NCBI GenBank assembly: GCA_965116445.1
Contig: OZ220688.1
Coordinates: 1,675,789-1,739,788, forward strand
Origin: Thermoanaerobaculia bacterium
GTDB taxonomy: Bacteria > Acidobacteriota > Thermoanaerobaculia > Multivoradales > Multivoraceae
DNA length: 64,000 nucleotides
Reading direction: 5' to 3'
Shown one piece after another: positions 18,358 through 27,676 of this stretch. The notes beneath the pieces are model-generated. The model was not told the origin of the DNA. It searched no databases and saw nothing but the letters and a program-made list of their open reading frames with translations. The stretch's first letter is position 1; each line of letters starts with the position of its first letter. The position numbers and the translations under genes are program-made.

Positions 18358-19626
18358 TCAGCCCTCCGCCACGGCCGGCGGCCCCTCGATCTGCTCTCCG
18401 ATCACGAGCGCGGCCGCGACCTCGCGTTGCAGGGCTTCCGGGTCGCGCCGCACGTAGAGCCGTGCGAGTTCCTGGCCTCGTTCGACCTTCTGGCCCAGGC
18501 GAACGTCGTAGCGGATCGCCACCGCGTGGTCGATCTGGTTCGGGTCGCGGTCCGGGCGGCAGGCGTCGGCTAAGGCGTTGCCGATTCGCCGACAGTCGAC
18601 GGCCTCCAGGAAACCCGACTCGGAGGCGGTGACGACGGCTTCGACCGGCGCCAGGTCGAGGCCGTTCGTCCAGCCGGGCTCGGCGCCCTGTGCGTCGGCC
18701 CAACGGGTGAGGTTCTCCCGGGCGGCGCCGGAGGCGACCGCCGCGTCGAGGTCTCCCGGCGAGATGTCCCGCCCGACCAGGCGACCCGCCTTGCGGCAGA
18801 CGGCGATCACCACCTCGCGCAGGCGGGAGTCTCCGTCCCCGGCCAGGAAATCCAGCGCCTCGCGCACTTCCGCGGCGTGGCCGACCCAGCGGCCGAGAGG
18901 CTGGCTCATGTCGCTCAGGACGCAGTCCGCCGGCGTGCCGCAGGCGGCGCTGATCGAAACGAGGCCGGATGCGAGCTTGCGGGTCTCCTCGGGGTCGGGG
19001 AAGAAGCCGCCGTTGCCCGTCTTCACGTCGAACACGATTCCGGATGCGCCCAGGGCGAGTTTCTTGGACAGGATGCTGCCGACGACGAGCGGGATCGAGC
19101 TCACGGTCGACGTGCGATCCCGCAGGCCGTAGAGGCGCCTGTCGGCCGGCGCGATGCTCCCCGTGGCGATGCCGATTGCCATGCCGAAGCGGTCCAGCAG
19201 GTCGAGGGCGCCGGCCCGGTCCAGCTCCAGACGCAGGCCGGGGATGCTCTCCAGCTTGTCCGCGGTGCCGCCGCTGTGGCCGAGGGCGCGGCCCGTCAGC
19301 TTGGCCGCCGGCACGCCGCAGGACGCAAGCAGGGGCAAGGCGATCAGGCTGACCGTGTCGCCGACGCCGCCAGTCGAGTGCTTGTCCACCAGCGGGCCGA
19401 AGTCCTCCGCCAGGGTCCAACGGTCTCCGGACTCGAGCATCGCCAGGGTCAGTTCCCGCGTCTCGTCGGGATCGAGGCCCCGCATCGCGGCGGCCATCAG
19501 GAAAGCGGCAAGGTGCACGTCCGTCCAGCTCCCGTCGGCCGCTCCCGCGGCGACGGACCACACCTCGTCGCGGGTCAGTTTCCGCCCCTGACGCATCCGG
19601 TTCAGAATGCCGTAGGGCGTAGCCAT
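18358..19626 (-). CDS. deoA: Thymidine / pyrimidine-nucleoside phosphorylase
   Basis: DKHSTGGVGD and GRALGHSGGTADKLE motifs; full-length glycosyltransferase family 3 fold. Confidence 0.85.
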   Translation of the reverse strand: MATPYGILNRMRQGRKLTRDEVWSVAAGAADGSWTDVHLAAFLMAAAMRGLDPDETRELTLAMLESGDRWTLAEDFGPLVDKHSTGGVGDTVSLIALPLLASCGVPAAKLTGRALGHSGGTADKLESIPGLRLELDRAGALDLLDRFGMAIGIATGSIAPADRRLYGLRDRTSTVSSIPLVVGSILSKKLALGASGIVFDVKTGNGGFFPDPEETRKLASGLVSISAACGTPADCVLSDMSQPLGRWVGHAAEVREALDFLAGDGDSRLREVVIAVCRKAGRLVGRDISPGDLDAAVASGAARENLTRWADAQGAEPGWTNGLDLAPVEAVVTASESGFLEAVDCRRIGNALADACRPDRDPNQIDHAVAIRYDVRLGQKVERGQELARLYVRRDPEALQREVAAALVIGEQIEGPPAVAEG

Positions 19627-19703
19627 GGGGCGGGATACCGGCCGCGCCCTGTCAGCGTGCGCCGCGGAACATTGGGCCCGCAGTCTTCCTGCCGCGCACG
19701 CTG

Positions 19704-20555
19704 CTAGCCGCCGAAACTGAACGGGCTCGCGGCGGCGGGTTCCGGCCCGAGCTGCTGCCGGGCCCTGATCGCGTAGCCGCTGTCCGGGTACTCGTCGACG
19801 ATGCGCCGGAAGGTCTCCCGAGCGCCCTCCTCGTCGCCGAGCTGCTCCAGGGTCGAGGCGAGCTCGAACAGAAGTACATCCTTCGGCAGGTTGGACGTTT
19901 CCGTCGCCACCGCGCCACGGAGCTCGGCCGCAACTTCCTCTCCCCGACCCTCGGCGCGGTCGAGGCTGTACAGGTTCAACTGCAGGCTCACACCCAGCGC
20001 ATGGTCTCCGCCGCTCGTCTCGAGATAGCCGGTCCAGAGCTCACGCGCCGTCGCGGTGTCGCCCTCGTCCGCGGCGATCTGGCCCAGATAGACGGAAGCC
20101 AGTCGACCGGAAGCGGTTGAACCGTAGCTTTCCCGCACCGCCTCGAGCGCGGCGCGCGCCGCGACCCGCCGCTCCGCCTCGGAAGCAAAGCTGAGGACGT
20201 CGTCGTCGCCATCCTCTTGCGCAACGGGTTCCTCCGGTTCCGCCTCGCCGCTCTCGTCCCGTTCCTCGCCCGGCGCGCTGTCCGGCGGCGTACCGAAGAG
20301 ATCGTCGATGGCGTCCGTCTCCGGCTCGTCGATCTCTGCCCGGTAGACCTTGAGGGCTTCACTGAGCTGGAAGCTCGCGTCGGCCTCCCGGCGATCCTGG
20401 TAGTTGAGGAACAGCACGACGCCCAGGACAACGGCGATCACTGCCGCGATCCCGATCAGAATCTGCCGAACGTGCTCGGCGAACCACGCGGAAGCTGAGA
20501 AAACCGCTTCGCGCACCTCGTCGCGCCGAATCTCCTCTCGTGTCAGACGGCTCAT
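19704..20555 (-). CDS. Membrane-anchored tetratricopeptide-repeat protein (YfgM-like)
   Basis: Start at ATG 20555 (MSRLTREEIRRDEV). One TM helix (ILIGIAAVIAVVLGVVLFL), an acidic linker and C-terminal TPR-like helices. Confidence 0.6.
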   Translation of the reverse strand: MSRLTREEIRRDEVREAVFSASAWFAEHVRQILIGIAAVIAVVLGVVLFLNYQDRREADASFQLSEALKVYRAEIDEPETDAIDDLFGTPPDSAPGEERDESGEAEPEEPVAQEDGDDDVLSFASEAERRVAARAALEAVRESYGSTASGRLASVYLGQIAADEGDTATARELWTGYLETSGGDHALGVSLQLNLYSLDRAEGRGEEVAAELRGAVATETSNLPKDVLLFELASTLEQLGDEEGARETFRRIVDEYPDSGYAIRARQQLGPEPAAASPFSFGG

Positions 20556-20717
20556 TGCAAGACCCTCCTCAGGCGGCGCAAACCTTAGCAGCCCTTGACT
20601 CCCCGCAAACCGGGAAACGGGCGCAAAGTCCGCCGCTGTGGCAGACTTGAACTCAGGCGTTCTCGTCGGAGGACCCGGTCGTCCGGCAACGCCACTCAAC
20701 CACCTGGAGCACCCAAG

Positions 20718-20903
20718 ATGCCGACCCTGGGAATTGGCGAACTGCTGATCGTCTTCGCGATCATCGTCCTGATCTTCGGAGCCAGCCGCATTCCCAAGCT
20801 GGCGGGAGGCCTCGGCGCTGGTATCCGGAACTTCAAGCGCGGCCTGAACGAGCCCGGCGAAGACGAGGCCGAGGACAAGCCGAAGCGCGAGATCGAAGAG
20901 TAG
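20718..20903 (+). CDS. tatA: Twin-arginine translocase subunit TatA/E
   Basis: MPTLGIGELLIVFAIIVLIFGASRIPKLAGGLGAGIRNFKRG is a canonical TatA sequence. GGAG lies 8 nt upstream of the ATG. Confidence 0.85.
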   Translation: MPTLGIGELLIVFAIIVLIFGASRIPKLAGGLGAGIRNFKRGLNEPGEDEAEDKPKREIEE

Positions 20904-20920
20904 TAGCGCGCCTGGGAGGC

Positions 20921-20996
20921 TGGTGCGCCTGGAGGGACTCGAACCCCCTTGCTTCTTGACTAGGAATCCACCGCGCCATTCACCTGACCTGCGGGC
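20921..20996 (-). pseudogene. Degenerate tRNA-Arg(CCT)-like copy (tRNA pseudogene or att-site remnant)
   Basis: The 3' 28 nt (T-arm, acceptor 3' strand and CCA) are identical to the adjacent tRNA-Arg, and the anticodon loop TTCCTAG is retained. However, the 5' acceptor strand (GCCCGCA) cannot pair with CAGGCGC, and the D-arm is absent. Confidence 0.5.
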
Positions 20997-20998
20997 TG

Positions 20999-21075
20999 TG
21001 GTGCGCCTGGAGGGACTCGAACCCCCGACTTCTGGATTAGGAATCCAGCGCTCTATCCCGCTGAGCTACAGGCGC
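20999..21075 (-). tRNA. tRNA-Arg (anticodon CCT), CCA encoded
   Basis: Minus-strand sequence GCGCCTG-TA-GCTC-AGCGGGATA-GAGC-G-CTGGA-TTCCTAA-TCCAG-AAGTC-GGGGG-TTCGAGT-CCCTC-CAGGCGC-A-CCA folds into a canonical cloverleaf. Confidence 0.85.
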
Positions 21076-21115
21076 TGACCCGTCAGGCCGGCCCGGCGGC
21101 CGGCCGCCAAGGATC

Positions 21116-21670
21116 TCAGTATCGGACCAGGGATTCAACCACGTCGTAGCCTTCGAGTCGTCTCCTGCCTTCCAGGTACGTCAGCTCGACGACGAATCCG
21201 ACGGCCTCGACCCGGGCGCCGACCGACTCGACGAGTTCGGCCGCGGCCTTCGCCGTGCCGCCGGTAGCGAGCAGGTCGTCGACCAGAACCACCCGGTCGC
21301 CGGCGGCGAGAGCGTCCATGTGGATCTCGAGCGTGTCCTTGCCGTACTCGAGTTCGTAGGTACGGGACGCCGTCCGGGCCGGCAGCTTGCCGGGCTTCCT
21401 GACCGGTACGAAACCGGCGTTCAGTCGACACGCCACCAGGGGCGCGAAGATGAAGCCGCGCGCTTCGATGCCGACGACCTGATCGACGCGCCGGTCGGCG
21501 AACCGTTCGGCGAGGAGGTCGGCGGTCTCGCAAAGCGCCGCCGGTTCCTTGAGCAGCGTCGTGATGTCCTTGAACAGGATGCCGGGCTTCGGGAAGTCGG
21601 GCACCTCGCGGATCCGGTCCTTCAGCCGGTTCGCGTTGTCCGGGTCCGGTCCTCTTACGTCTGGTTCCAT
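21116..21670 (-). CDS. apt: Adenine phosphoribosyltransferase
   Basis: PRTase motif [13 protein letters not shown] and the Apt N-terminus [12 protein letters not shown]. Confidence 0.85.
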   Translation of the reverse strand: MEPDVRGPDPDNANRLKDRIREVPDFPKPGILFKDITTLLKEPAALCETADLLAERFADRRVDQVVGIEARGFIFAPLVACRLNAGFVPVRKPGKLPARTASRTYELEYGKDTLEIHMDALAAGDRVVLVDDLLATGGTAKAAAELVESVGARVEAVGFVVELTYLEGRRRLEGYDVVESLVRY

Positions 21671-21688
21671 CTCAGGTCTCCTCCCGGT

Positions 21689-22321
21689 TCAGGGCATGGC
21701 CTCCTTCGTCTTCCAGCCGTGCCGGCCGATCAGCGGCACGAAGCGAACCGGTTCGCCCACGTCCCGCGTGACGACACCGTTCTGGTGCTTCCGATAGCTG
21801 ATCAGACGCTGTTCGTGCTGGTCTCCCTCCGGAATGACCAGACGGCCGCCCGGCGCCAGTTGATCGAGGAGCGCCTCGGGAACCCGGGGCGCCGCCGCGG
21901 CGACCAGGATGCGGTTGAACGGCGAGGCGCTGCTCCAGCCGACCGTGCCGTCGAAGACCTGGATCTTCACGTTCGGCAGCCCGAGCAACTGGATCCGGCC
22001 GATCGCCTCCCGGGCCAACTGCCCCACCCTCTCGATGCTGTAGACCCGTTGCGCCAGCCTCGCCAGGATTGCCGTCTGGTAGCCCGATCCGGTGCCGATC
22101 TCGAGCACCGAGTCCTCGTCCCGCACGTCGAGTTCCGCCGTCATGTGCGCGACGATGTAGGGCTGCGAAATCGTCTGCTCGCAACCGATCGGCAAGGCGC
22201 GATCACTGTAGGCATCGTTGACCAGGTGCTCCGGCACGAACAGGTGCCGGGGAACCCTCTCCATCGCCGCGAGCACACGCTCGTCCCTGAGTCCATACTG
22301 CTTGACCAGCTTCGCGATCAT
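21689..22321 (-). CDS. pcm: Protein-L-isoaspartate O-methyltransferase
   Basis: SAM-binding VLEIGTGSGYQTAILA and the TISQPYIVA motif. Start set at the internal ATG (MIAKLVKQYG). Confidence 0.8.
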   Translation of the reverse strand: MIAKLVKQYGLRDERVLAAMERVPRHLFVPEHLVNDAYSDRALPIGCEQTISQPYIVAHMTAELDVRDEDSVLEIGTGSGYQTAILARLAQRVYSIERVGQLAREAIGRIQLLGLPNVKIQVFDGTVGWSSASPFNRILVAAAAPRVPEALLDQLAPGGRLVIPEGDQHEQRLISYRKHQNGVVTRDVGEPVRFVPLIGRHGWKTKEAMP

Positions 22322-22371
22322 GCGCCCGCGGGGAAAACGGTAGGCGCCGTCCGCCCTCACTCCGACCGTCT

Positions 22372-23148
22372 TCAACGGAGCGCTCCAACGAGGCCCGGCA
22401 GCACGCCATCTCCTTCGGCGATTGCATCCCGGTCCGTCAGGTCCGAGGTGAGTGGGGTGATCGAGGTGTAGCCGTCGCGAACCGCCGCGGCGTCCGTGTC
22501 CTGGAGACGTTCCGGTTCCGGCTTCCCCACGAGCCAGTACATCGATCCGCCTCGCGGATCCTCCTGCTTCACGACCGAGTTTCGGTACGGACGGCGACCG
22601 AGCCTCGCAATCCTGACGCCGCGCGGCGGATCGAACGGGAAGTTCACGTTGAGCAGCATCCGGTCGGGAATCCCCTGCTCGAGCAGGGACACGATCGCGC
22701 GCGCGGCCAGATCCGCGGCGCGTTCCATGTCCGCAGGCTGAGCCTTGCGGTACTCCTGCGAAAAGGCAATCGACGGGATGCCGAGCAGTCGGCCCTCGAG
22801 CGCGGCGCCGACCGTGCCGCTGTGGGTCACGTCGTCCCCCAGGTTCACCCCGTAGTTGATCCCCGACACGAGCAGGTCGGGGCGCCGGTCCAGCAACGCA
22901 TGAACGCCCAGATTGACGCAGTCCGACGGCGTGCCGTCGACCGAGAACCAGCCCTCCCGCACGGACTTCGCACGCAGCGGCCGGAACAGCGTCAGGGCCT
23001 GTCCGGTTCCGCTCTGCTCATGAAGCGGCGCGACGACCCGGTACTCGATCGGGCCCTTCGAGGTCACGGCAAGGTCGAGCGCCGCCGCCAGGCAGGTCAG
23101 GCCGGCGGCGCCCACGCCGTCGTCATTCGTCAGCAGCAGTCGCGTCAC
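22372..23148 (-). CDS. surE: 5'/3'-nucleotidase SurE
   Basis: LLLTNDDGV N-terminal motif and INYGVNLG. GTG start at 23148 overlaps the mtnP stop. Confidence 0.85.
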   Translation of the reverse strand: MTRLLLTNDDGVGAAGLTCLAAALDLAVTSKGPIEYRVVAPLHEQSGTGQALTLFRPLRAKSVREGWFSVDGTPSDCVNLGVHALLDRRPDLLVSGINYGVNLGDDVTHSGTVGAALEGRLLGIPSIAFSQEYRKAQPADMERAADLAARAIVSLLEQGIPDRMLLNVNFPFDPPRGVRIARLGRRPYRNSVVKQEDPRGGSMYWLVGKPEPERLQDTDAAAVRDGYTSITPLTSDLTDRDAIAEGDGVLPGLVGALR

Positions 23149-24065
23149 GCCCGTCTCCGCTCTTCGTCGTTCAACTGTCGCCGCCTCAGGCGAAGTCGCC
23201 TGCCGACGATCGGTTCCAGGTCGCGCAAGACGGAGGCCGGAATGACCGACGGATCCGTGATCAGGGCGTGTTCCAGCGCATTCGCGCAAGGGCAGGTTCG
23301 CTCCGGGCGTTCCTCCGGCAGCGCCTCAACGATCCGGGCCACCGCGGCCTGGGCCATGCGCGCATTCTGTTGCAGCACGGCAAGCACGGCGTCCACGGTG
23401 ACGTCTTCCTCCTCCTCGTGCCAGCAGTCGTAGTCCGTGATCAGGGCGAGCGTGGAGTAACAGATCTCCGCCTCGCGCGCGAGCTTCGCCTCCTGGAGGT
23501 TCGTCATGCCGATCACGTCCGCGCCCCAGCCGCGGTGCATGAAGGACTCGGCGCGGGTCGAGAACTGGGGTCCCTCCATGCACACGTACGTGCCGCCGCG
23601 GTGAACGACGGCTCCGGCCGCTTCCGCCTCGTCGGCGCAGATCTCCATCAGCTCCGGACAGATCGGATCGGCGAACGCGACGTGAGCGGCCAGTCCGTTG
23701 CCAAAGAACGTGTCCGGCCGGTGCCGCGTCCGGTCGATGAACTGGTCCGGGACGACGATGTGCGTGGGCCGGTAGCGACGACGAAGCGAGCCGACGGCGG
23801 ACAGCGAAATCAACCTCTCGGCGCCCAGCGTCTTGAAGGCATAGATGTTCGCGCGAAAGTTCAGCTCGCTGGGCAGGATGCGGTGGCCGCGGCCGTGGCG
23901 GGCCAGGAACGCGACCCGCCGCCCGCTCAACTCGCCGAGCACGAAGACCTCGGAGGGACTGCCGAACGGTGTCGTGATCGCGCGTTCCTCGTGCACCTCG
24001 AGCTCCGCCATGCCGTAGAGACCCGAGCCGCCGATGATGCCTGTGCGGTATGCCTCCGCGCTCAT
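23145..24065 (-). CDS. mtnP: S-methyl-5'-thioadenosine phosphorylase
   Basis: PNP/MTAP family: GIIGGSGLY, HGRGHRI, GMTNLQEAKLAREAEICY. Confidence 0.8.
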   Translation of the reverse strand: MSAEAYRTGIIGGSGLYGMAELEVHEERAITTPFGSPSEVFVLGELSGRRVAFLARHGRGHRILPSELNFRANIYAFKTLGAERLISLSAVGSLRRRYRPTHIVVPDQFIDRTRHRPDTFFGNGLAAHVAFADPICPELMEICADEAEAAGAVVHRGGTYVCMEGPQFSTRAESFMHRGWGADVIGMTNLQEAKLAREAEICYSTLALITDYDCWHEEEEDVTVDAVLAVLQQNARMAQAAVARIVEALPEERPERTCPCANALEHALITDPSVIPASVLRDLEPIVGRRLRLRRRQLNDEERRRA

Positions 24066-25042
24066 CCTTCACCTCCCGCGATTGCCTCGTTCACCCGCAG
24101 GGCCGTCTGGAGCGCCCGCCGCCCGGCCTCGCCGTCGACGAACGGCGCCGGACGACCGGCGCAGCGAGCGAGAAACGCCTCGAGTTCTCCGCGCAGCGGT
24201 TCACCGCGCTCCACATCGAGGTCCGCCGGCACGATGCGGCCGGCCGGTCCGCCAGCCGCGGCCGCCGAGAGCGCGGCCGGCGTGCCGGGAGCTTCGCCAC
24301 CCACTCTGCGGAACCCCCGCACCGTCTGCTCCTGGTAGTCCAGCGAGCAGTACCGGTCCTCGAAGAACACGCGCAACTGCCGGACCCGCTCGGCCGACAC
24401 CCGCGACGCGGTCAGGTTCGCGACGCACCCCGACTCGAGTTCGATCCGGGCGTCCGCGATGTCGACCCGGTCCGAAAGGACGTCGATCCCGACCGCCCGC
24501 ACTTCGCGAACCGGACTCGGATCGAGGGCATGGAGGATCTGCAGGTCGTGAATCATCAGGTCCAGCACCACGTCGACATCCAGGCTGCGGGGACTGAAGG
24601 GCGACAGCCGTTCGACCTCGACGAAGCGCGGCCTGCGACCCGAAGCCAGCAGCTCCTGAACGGCCGGATTGTAGAACTCGACATGGCCTACCGCCAGAAC
24701 GACTCCCCGCGCCGCCGCGGTCGCGACAAGCGCGTCGGCCTGGGCGAGGTCGACGGCAATCGGTTTCTCCACGAGAACGTGGACTCCCGTCTCGATCAGC
24801 CGCTTCGCCACATCCAGGTGATCGACCGTCGGCACCGCGACGACCGCCGCGTCGACCGTCCGCGCCAGCTCGTCGAGTCCCCCGGCCACCGACGCTCCGT
24901 GCTCGCCCGCGACGCGTCCGGCCCGGGCTCCATCCGCGTCGAGCACGAAGACCGACTCGGGGGCCAGCAGGTCCGCAAGAAGACGCACGTGATGGCGACC
25001 CATCACACCGGCGCCGACCACGCCCGCCAAAAGACCCGTCAT
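24062..25042 (-). CDS. Gfo/Idh/MocA family NAD(P)-dependent oxidoreductase (possible UDP-GlcNAc 3-dehydrogenase GnnA-like)
   Basis: N-terminal Rossmann GVVGAGVMGRHHV and the EKP motif (VLVEKPIA). Positioned immediately downstream of lpxA in the lpxD-fabZ-lpxA operon. Confidence 0.65.
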   Translation of the reverse strand: MTGLLAGVVGAGVMGRHHVRLLADLLAPESVFVLDADGARAGRVAGEHGASVAGGLDELARTVDAAVVAVPTVDHLDVAKRLIETGVHVLVEKPIAVDLAQADALVATAAARGVVLAVGHVEFYNPAVQELLASGRRPRFVEVERLSPFSPRSLDVDVVLDLMIHDLQILHALDPSPVREVRAVGIDVLSDRVDIADARIELESGCVANLTASRVSAERVRQLRVFFEDRYCSLDYQEQTVRGFRRVGGEAPGTPAALSAAAAGGPAGRIVPADLDVERGEPLRGELEAFLARCAGRPAPFVDGEAGRRALQTALRVNEAIAGGEG

Positions 25043-25054
25043 CGCCCGACCCGG

Positions 25055-25867
25055 TTAGTCGCCCGCGCCCCGCGAGCCGCGGCGCGCCGAGCGGATGAAG
25101 CCTCTCGCGGAATCGCGCACGAACGCGATCAGCGCGTCCACGTCGACGTGTCCGGCATGCCCGGCGTCGAGTTCCTCCAGGGCCTGGGTCCTGTTCCGCC
25201 TGGAACGCGTGACGACTCTCACCGCACGCTCGATCGCCCGGATGTCCTCCGGCGACTTCCCCTTGCGTTCCAGGCCGATCCGGTTCACGCCCATGCACGC
25301 CGGCTTGATCCCGACCGTGATGCAGAACGGCAGCGCGTCCATCGTGATCACGGAGTAGCCGCCGATGTAGGCGTGCCGGCCAACCCGGCAGAACTGGTGA
25401 ACGGCCGAGAAGGCGCCGATTGTCGCGTCGTCCTCGACGACGACGTGCCCGGCCAGGGTGCCGGCGTTCGTGAACACGGTGCGACTGCCAACGTGACTGT
25501 CGTGGCCGACATGGCTCTGGGTCATGAACAGGTTGTCGTCGCCGATCCGGGTCTCGCCGCCGCCGAACGCCGTTCCCCGGTTGACCGTGCAGAACTCCCG
25601 GAACTGGTTCCGGTCGCCGATCACCAGGCGGCTGCTCTCTCCCTCGTACTTGAGATCCTGCGGATCGAAGCCGATCGCCGCATGGGGGAAAACCCTGTTC
25701 TCCCGTCCGAGGACCGTCTCGCCGCAGATCGTCGCGTGGGCGCCGACCGTCGTGCCGTCGCCTACTTGTACGCCGGCGCCAATCACGGCATAGGGGCCCA
25801 CGACGACCTCCTCGCCCAGCTCGGCGCTCCGGTCGACGATCGCCGTCGGGTGAAGTTCGGCGGTCAT
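25055..25867 (-). CDS. lpxA: Acyl-ACP--UDP-N-acetylglucosamine O-acyltransferase
   Basis: Left-handed beta-helix hexapeptide repeats and the LpxA C-terminal helical domain. Start at the internal ATG 25867 (MTAELHPTAIVD). Confidence 0.85.
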   Translation of the reverse strand: MTAELHPTAIVDRSAELGEEVVVGPYAVIGAGVQVGDGTTVGAHATICGETVLGRENRVFPHAAIGFDPQDLKYEGESSRLVIGDRNQFREFCTVNRGTAFGGGETRIGDDNLFMTQSHVGHDSHVGSRTVFTNAGTLAGHVVVEDDATIGAFSAVHQFCRVGRHAYIGGYSVITMDALPFCITVGIKPACMGVNRIGLERKGKSPEDIRAIERAVRVVTRSRRNRTQALEELDAGHAGHVDVDALIAFVRDSARGFIRSARRGSRGAGD

Positions 25868-25901
25868 GGTCGACGTCCCGGTAAAGGTGACCGACGGCCG
25901 T

Positions 25902-26372
25902 TCAAGTCGTTGCCATCGCGGACGTGCAGATCGCCTCCACCGCCAGTTCGCCGTCAACGGTCGCCACGCCCCGGAAGCGGGAATGCCAGGTCCGCAGACG
26001 CAGCGACTCCACCTCCATCCGCAGTCGATCGCCGGGAAGAACGGGCCTGCGAAAGCGAGCCTTCTCGATGCCGGAGAAGAAGAGCACCTTCTGATCCCGG
26101 TCCTCCATTTCGTGCAGCAGGAGCAGCGCCGCCGTCTGCGCCATCGCCTCGATCACCAGGACTCCGGGCATGATCGGATTGCCCGGAAAGTGACCGTCGA
26201 AGAAGGGCTCGTTCCGGGTCACGTTCTTGACCGCCACAACCCGCTGGCCCGGTACCAGCTCCAGCACCCGATCGACCAGCAGCAAGGGATAGCGGTGCGG
26301 CAGCACGGCCGCGATCCAGCGCGAGTCGAAGGGGCCCAGGGGCGTGCCGTTTCCGCTCTGCTCTTCGCTCAC
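25902..26372 (-). CDS. fabZ: 3-hydroxyacyl-ACP dehydratase
   Basis: Hot-dog fold with the FabZ motif [16 protein letters not shown]. Confidence 0.85.
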   Translation of the reverse strand: MSEEQSGNGTPLGPFDSRWIAAVLPHRYPLLLVDRVLELVPGQRVVAVKNVTRNEPFFDGHFPGNPIMPGVLVIEAMAQTAALLLLHEMEDRDQKVLFFSGIEKARFRRPVLPGDRLRMEVESLRLRTWHSRFRGVATVDGELAVEAICTSAMATT

Positions 26373-27478
26373 TTCTCGTCTCCCGCGTCCGTCTCCGGCT
26401 CCAATGCCGCTGCCGATCCAGCCGCCGACTCGATGCCCGCCGCTTCCAGCTCCTGCACGCGGCGTTCAAGCCCGCGCAGGGCCCTGCGCATCGCCGGCAG
26501 GCGAGACTGTAACGCGATCCGGCGCCGCCAGGCGGCGATCGGCGTCGCCGGAATCCCGGCAACCTGCTGCCCCGGAGGCACCTCCTGGAACACGGCCGAC
26601 TTCGCCGCGACCTGAACGCCGTTTCCGATCTCGAAATGGCCCGCGACGCCGGCCTGGCCTGCAAGCAGGACGCGGTCACCGATGCGGCTGCTGCCGGACA
26701 CCCCTGCCTGTCCACAGAGGATGCATCCCTGGCCGATCTGCGCGTTGTGACCGACCTGCACCAGGTTGTCGATCTTCGTGCCGCGGCCTACGCGGGTCGT
26801 GTCGAACGTCGCCCGGTCGACGGCCGAGTTGGCTCCGATCTCGACATCGTCCTCGATCACGACGACCCCGACCTGGGGCAGCTTGACCTGCGACGCCGAC
26901 GCCTCCCCTTCGGCGAAACCGAATCCGTCCGCTCCGAGCACGACGCCCGAATGGACGATCACCCGATCGCCGATCCGGCTTCCGTCATAGACCACGACGT
27001 GCGGGTGAAGCACCGTACCGGCGCCGACCCGGCAGCCGCGGCCGACCACGCTGTGGGCGCCGACAGTCGCTCCCGGCGCGACCGTCGACCCGGCGCCGAC
27101 AACGGCGAACGCATCGATCCGGGCACCCGGATGGACCTGGGCCGTCGCATCGACGCACGCCGTCTCGTGGACTCCCGACTCGACCTCGGGCACCGGGAAC
27201 AACGCCGTCACCAGGTCGGCCAGCGCACGATAGGCATCGTCGCAGACCACCAGATCGACGCCCAGGCCACCCAACGTGTCGGGCGAGATGGCCCTGGATA
27301 CCAGGATCGCGCCGGCCTCCGAAGACCGCGCCTGCTCCCGGTACCGAGTGTTCGTCAGAAAGGAGAGATCGCGCTCACCGGCGGCCTCCAGCGTCGCGAC
27401 GCCGTCGATGAGCCGATCCGGATCGCCCACAAGCTCGGCGCCGACCATCGCGGCAAGATCGGCCAGACGGTGGGTCAC
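26369..27478 (-). CDS. lpxD: UDP-3-O-(3-hydroxyacyl)glucosamine N-acyltransferase
   Basis: LpxD N-terminal domain followed by extended hexapeptide repeats; operon context with fabZ and lpxA. Confidence 0.85.
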   Translation of the reverse strand: MTHRLADLAAMVGAELVGDPDRLIDGVATLEAAGERDLSFLTNTRYREQARSSEAGAILVSRAISPDTLGGLGVDLVVCDDAYRALADLVTALFPVPEVESGVHETACVDATAQVHPGARIDAFAVVGAGSTVAPGATVGAHSVVGRGCRVGAGTVLHPHVVVYDGSRIGDRVIVHSGVVLGADGFGFAEGEASASQVKLPQVGVVVIEDDVEIGANSAVDRATFDTTRVGRGTKIDNLVQVGHNAQIGQGCILCGQAGVSGSSRIGDRVLLAGQAGVAGHFEIGNGVQVAAKSAVFQEVPPGQQVAGIPATPIAAWRRRIALQSRLPAMRRALRGLERRVQELEAAGIESAAGSAAALEPETDAGDEK

Positions 27479-27676
27479 GCAGCGAGCCTAGGAGCTTGCG
27501 CCAAAGAACGCAATGGAGTGAGTTCTGCGGGCGCAAGCTCCTGGGAAGGTGGGGGCTGGGGCCAAACACGGAGCCTGCGACGGGTTTGGCGGCGCTACCG
27601 GAATCGCCGGGGCCTCCCGGAGCCGGTCGGCGATACGATGCCCGGACTCCCTTCGATGACTCTGGAGGTTCCCTCA

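Noticed and set aside
20921-20996. Calling the upstream tRNA-like unit a second functional tRNA-Arg
   Set aside because: The acceptor 5' strand GCCCGCA cannot pair with the conserved 3' strand CAGGCGC, and the D-stem complement (GCTC/GAGC) is missing. It is annotated as a pseudogene/remnant instead.
24050-26173. 707-aa plus-strand ORF, and similar very long ORFs (29790..32246 +, 40656..41666 +, 59402..61879 +, 62023..63915 +, 4415..5617 +, 13300..14568 +)
   Set aside because: They lie antisense to well-supported genes (lpxA/fabZ, bamA, MTase, addA/addB, nnr, cinA). They are Arg/Ala/Gly/Pro-rich low-complexity translations typical of stop-codon-poor high-GC DNA, and they have no motifs.
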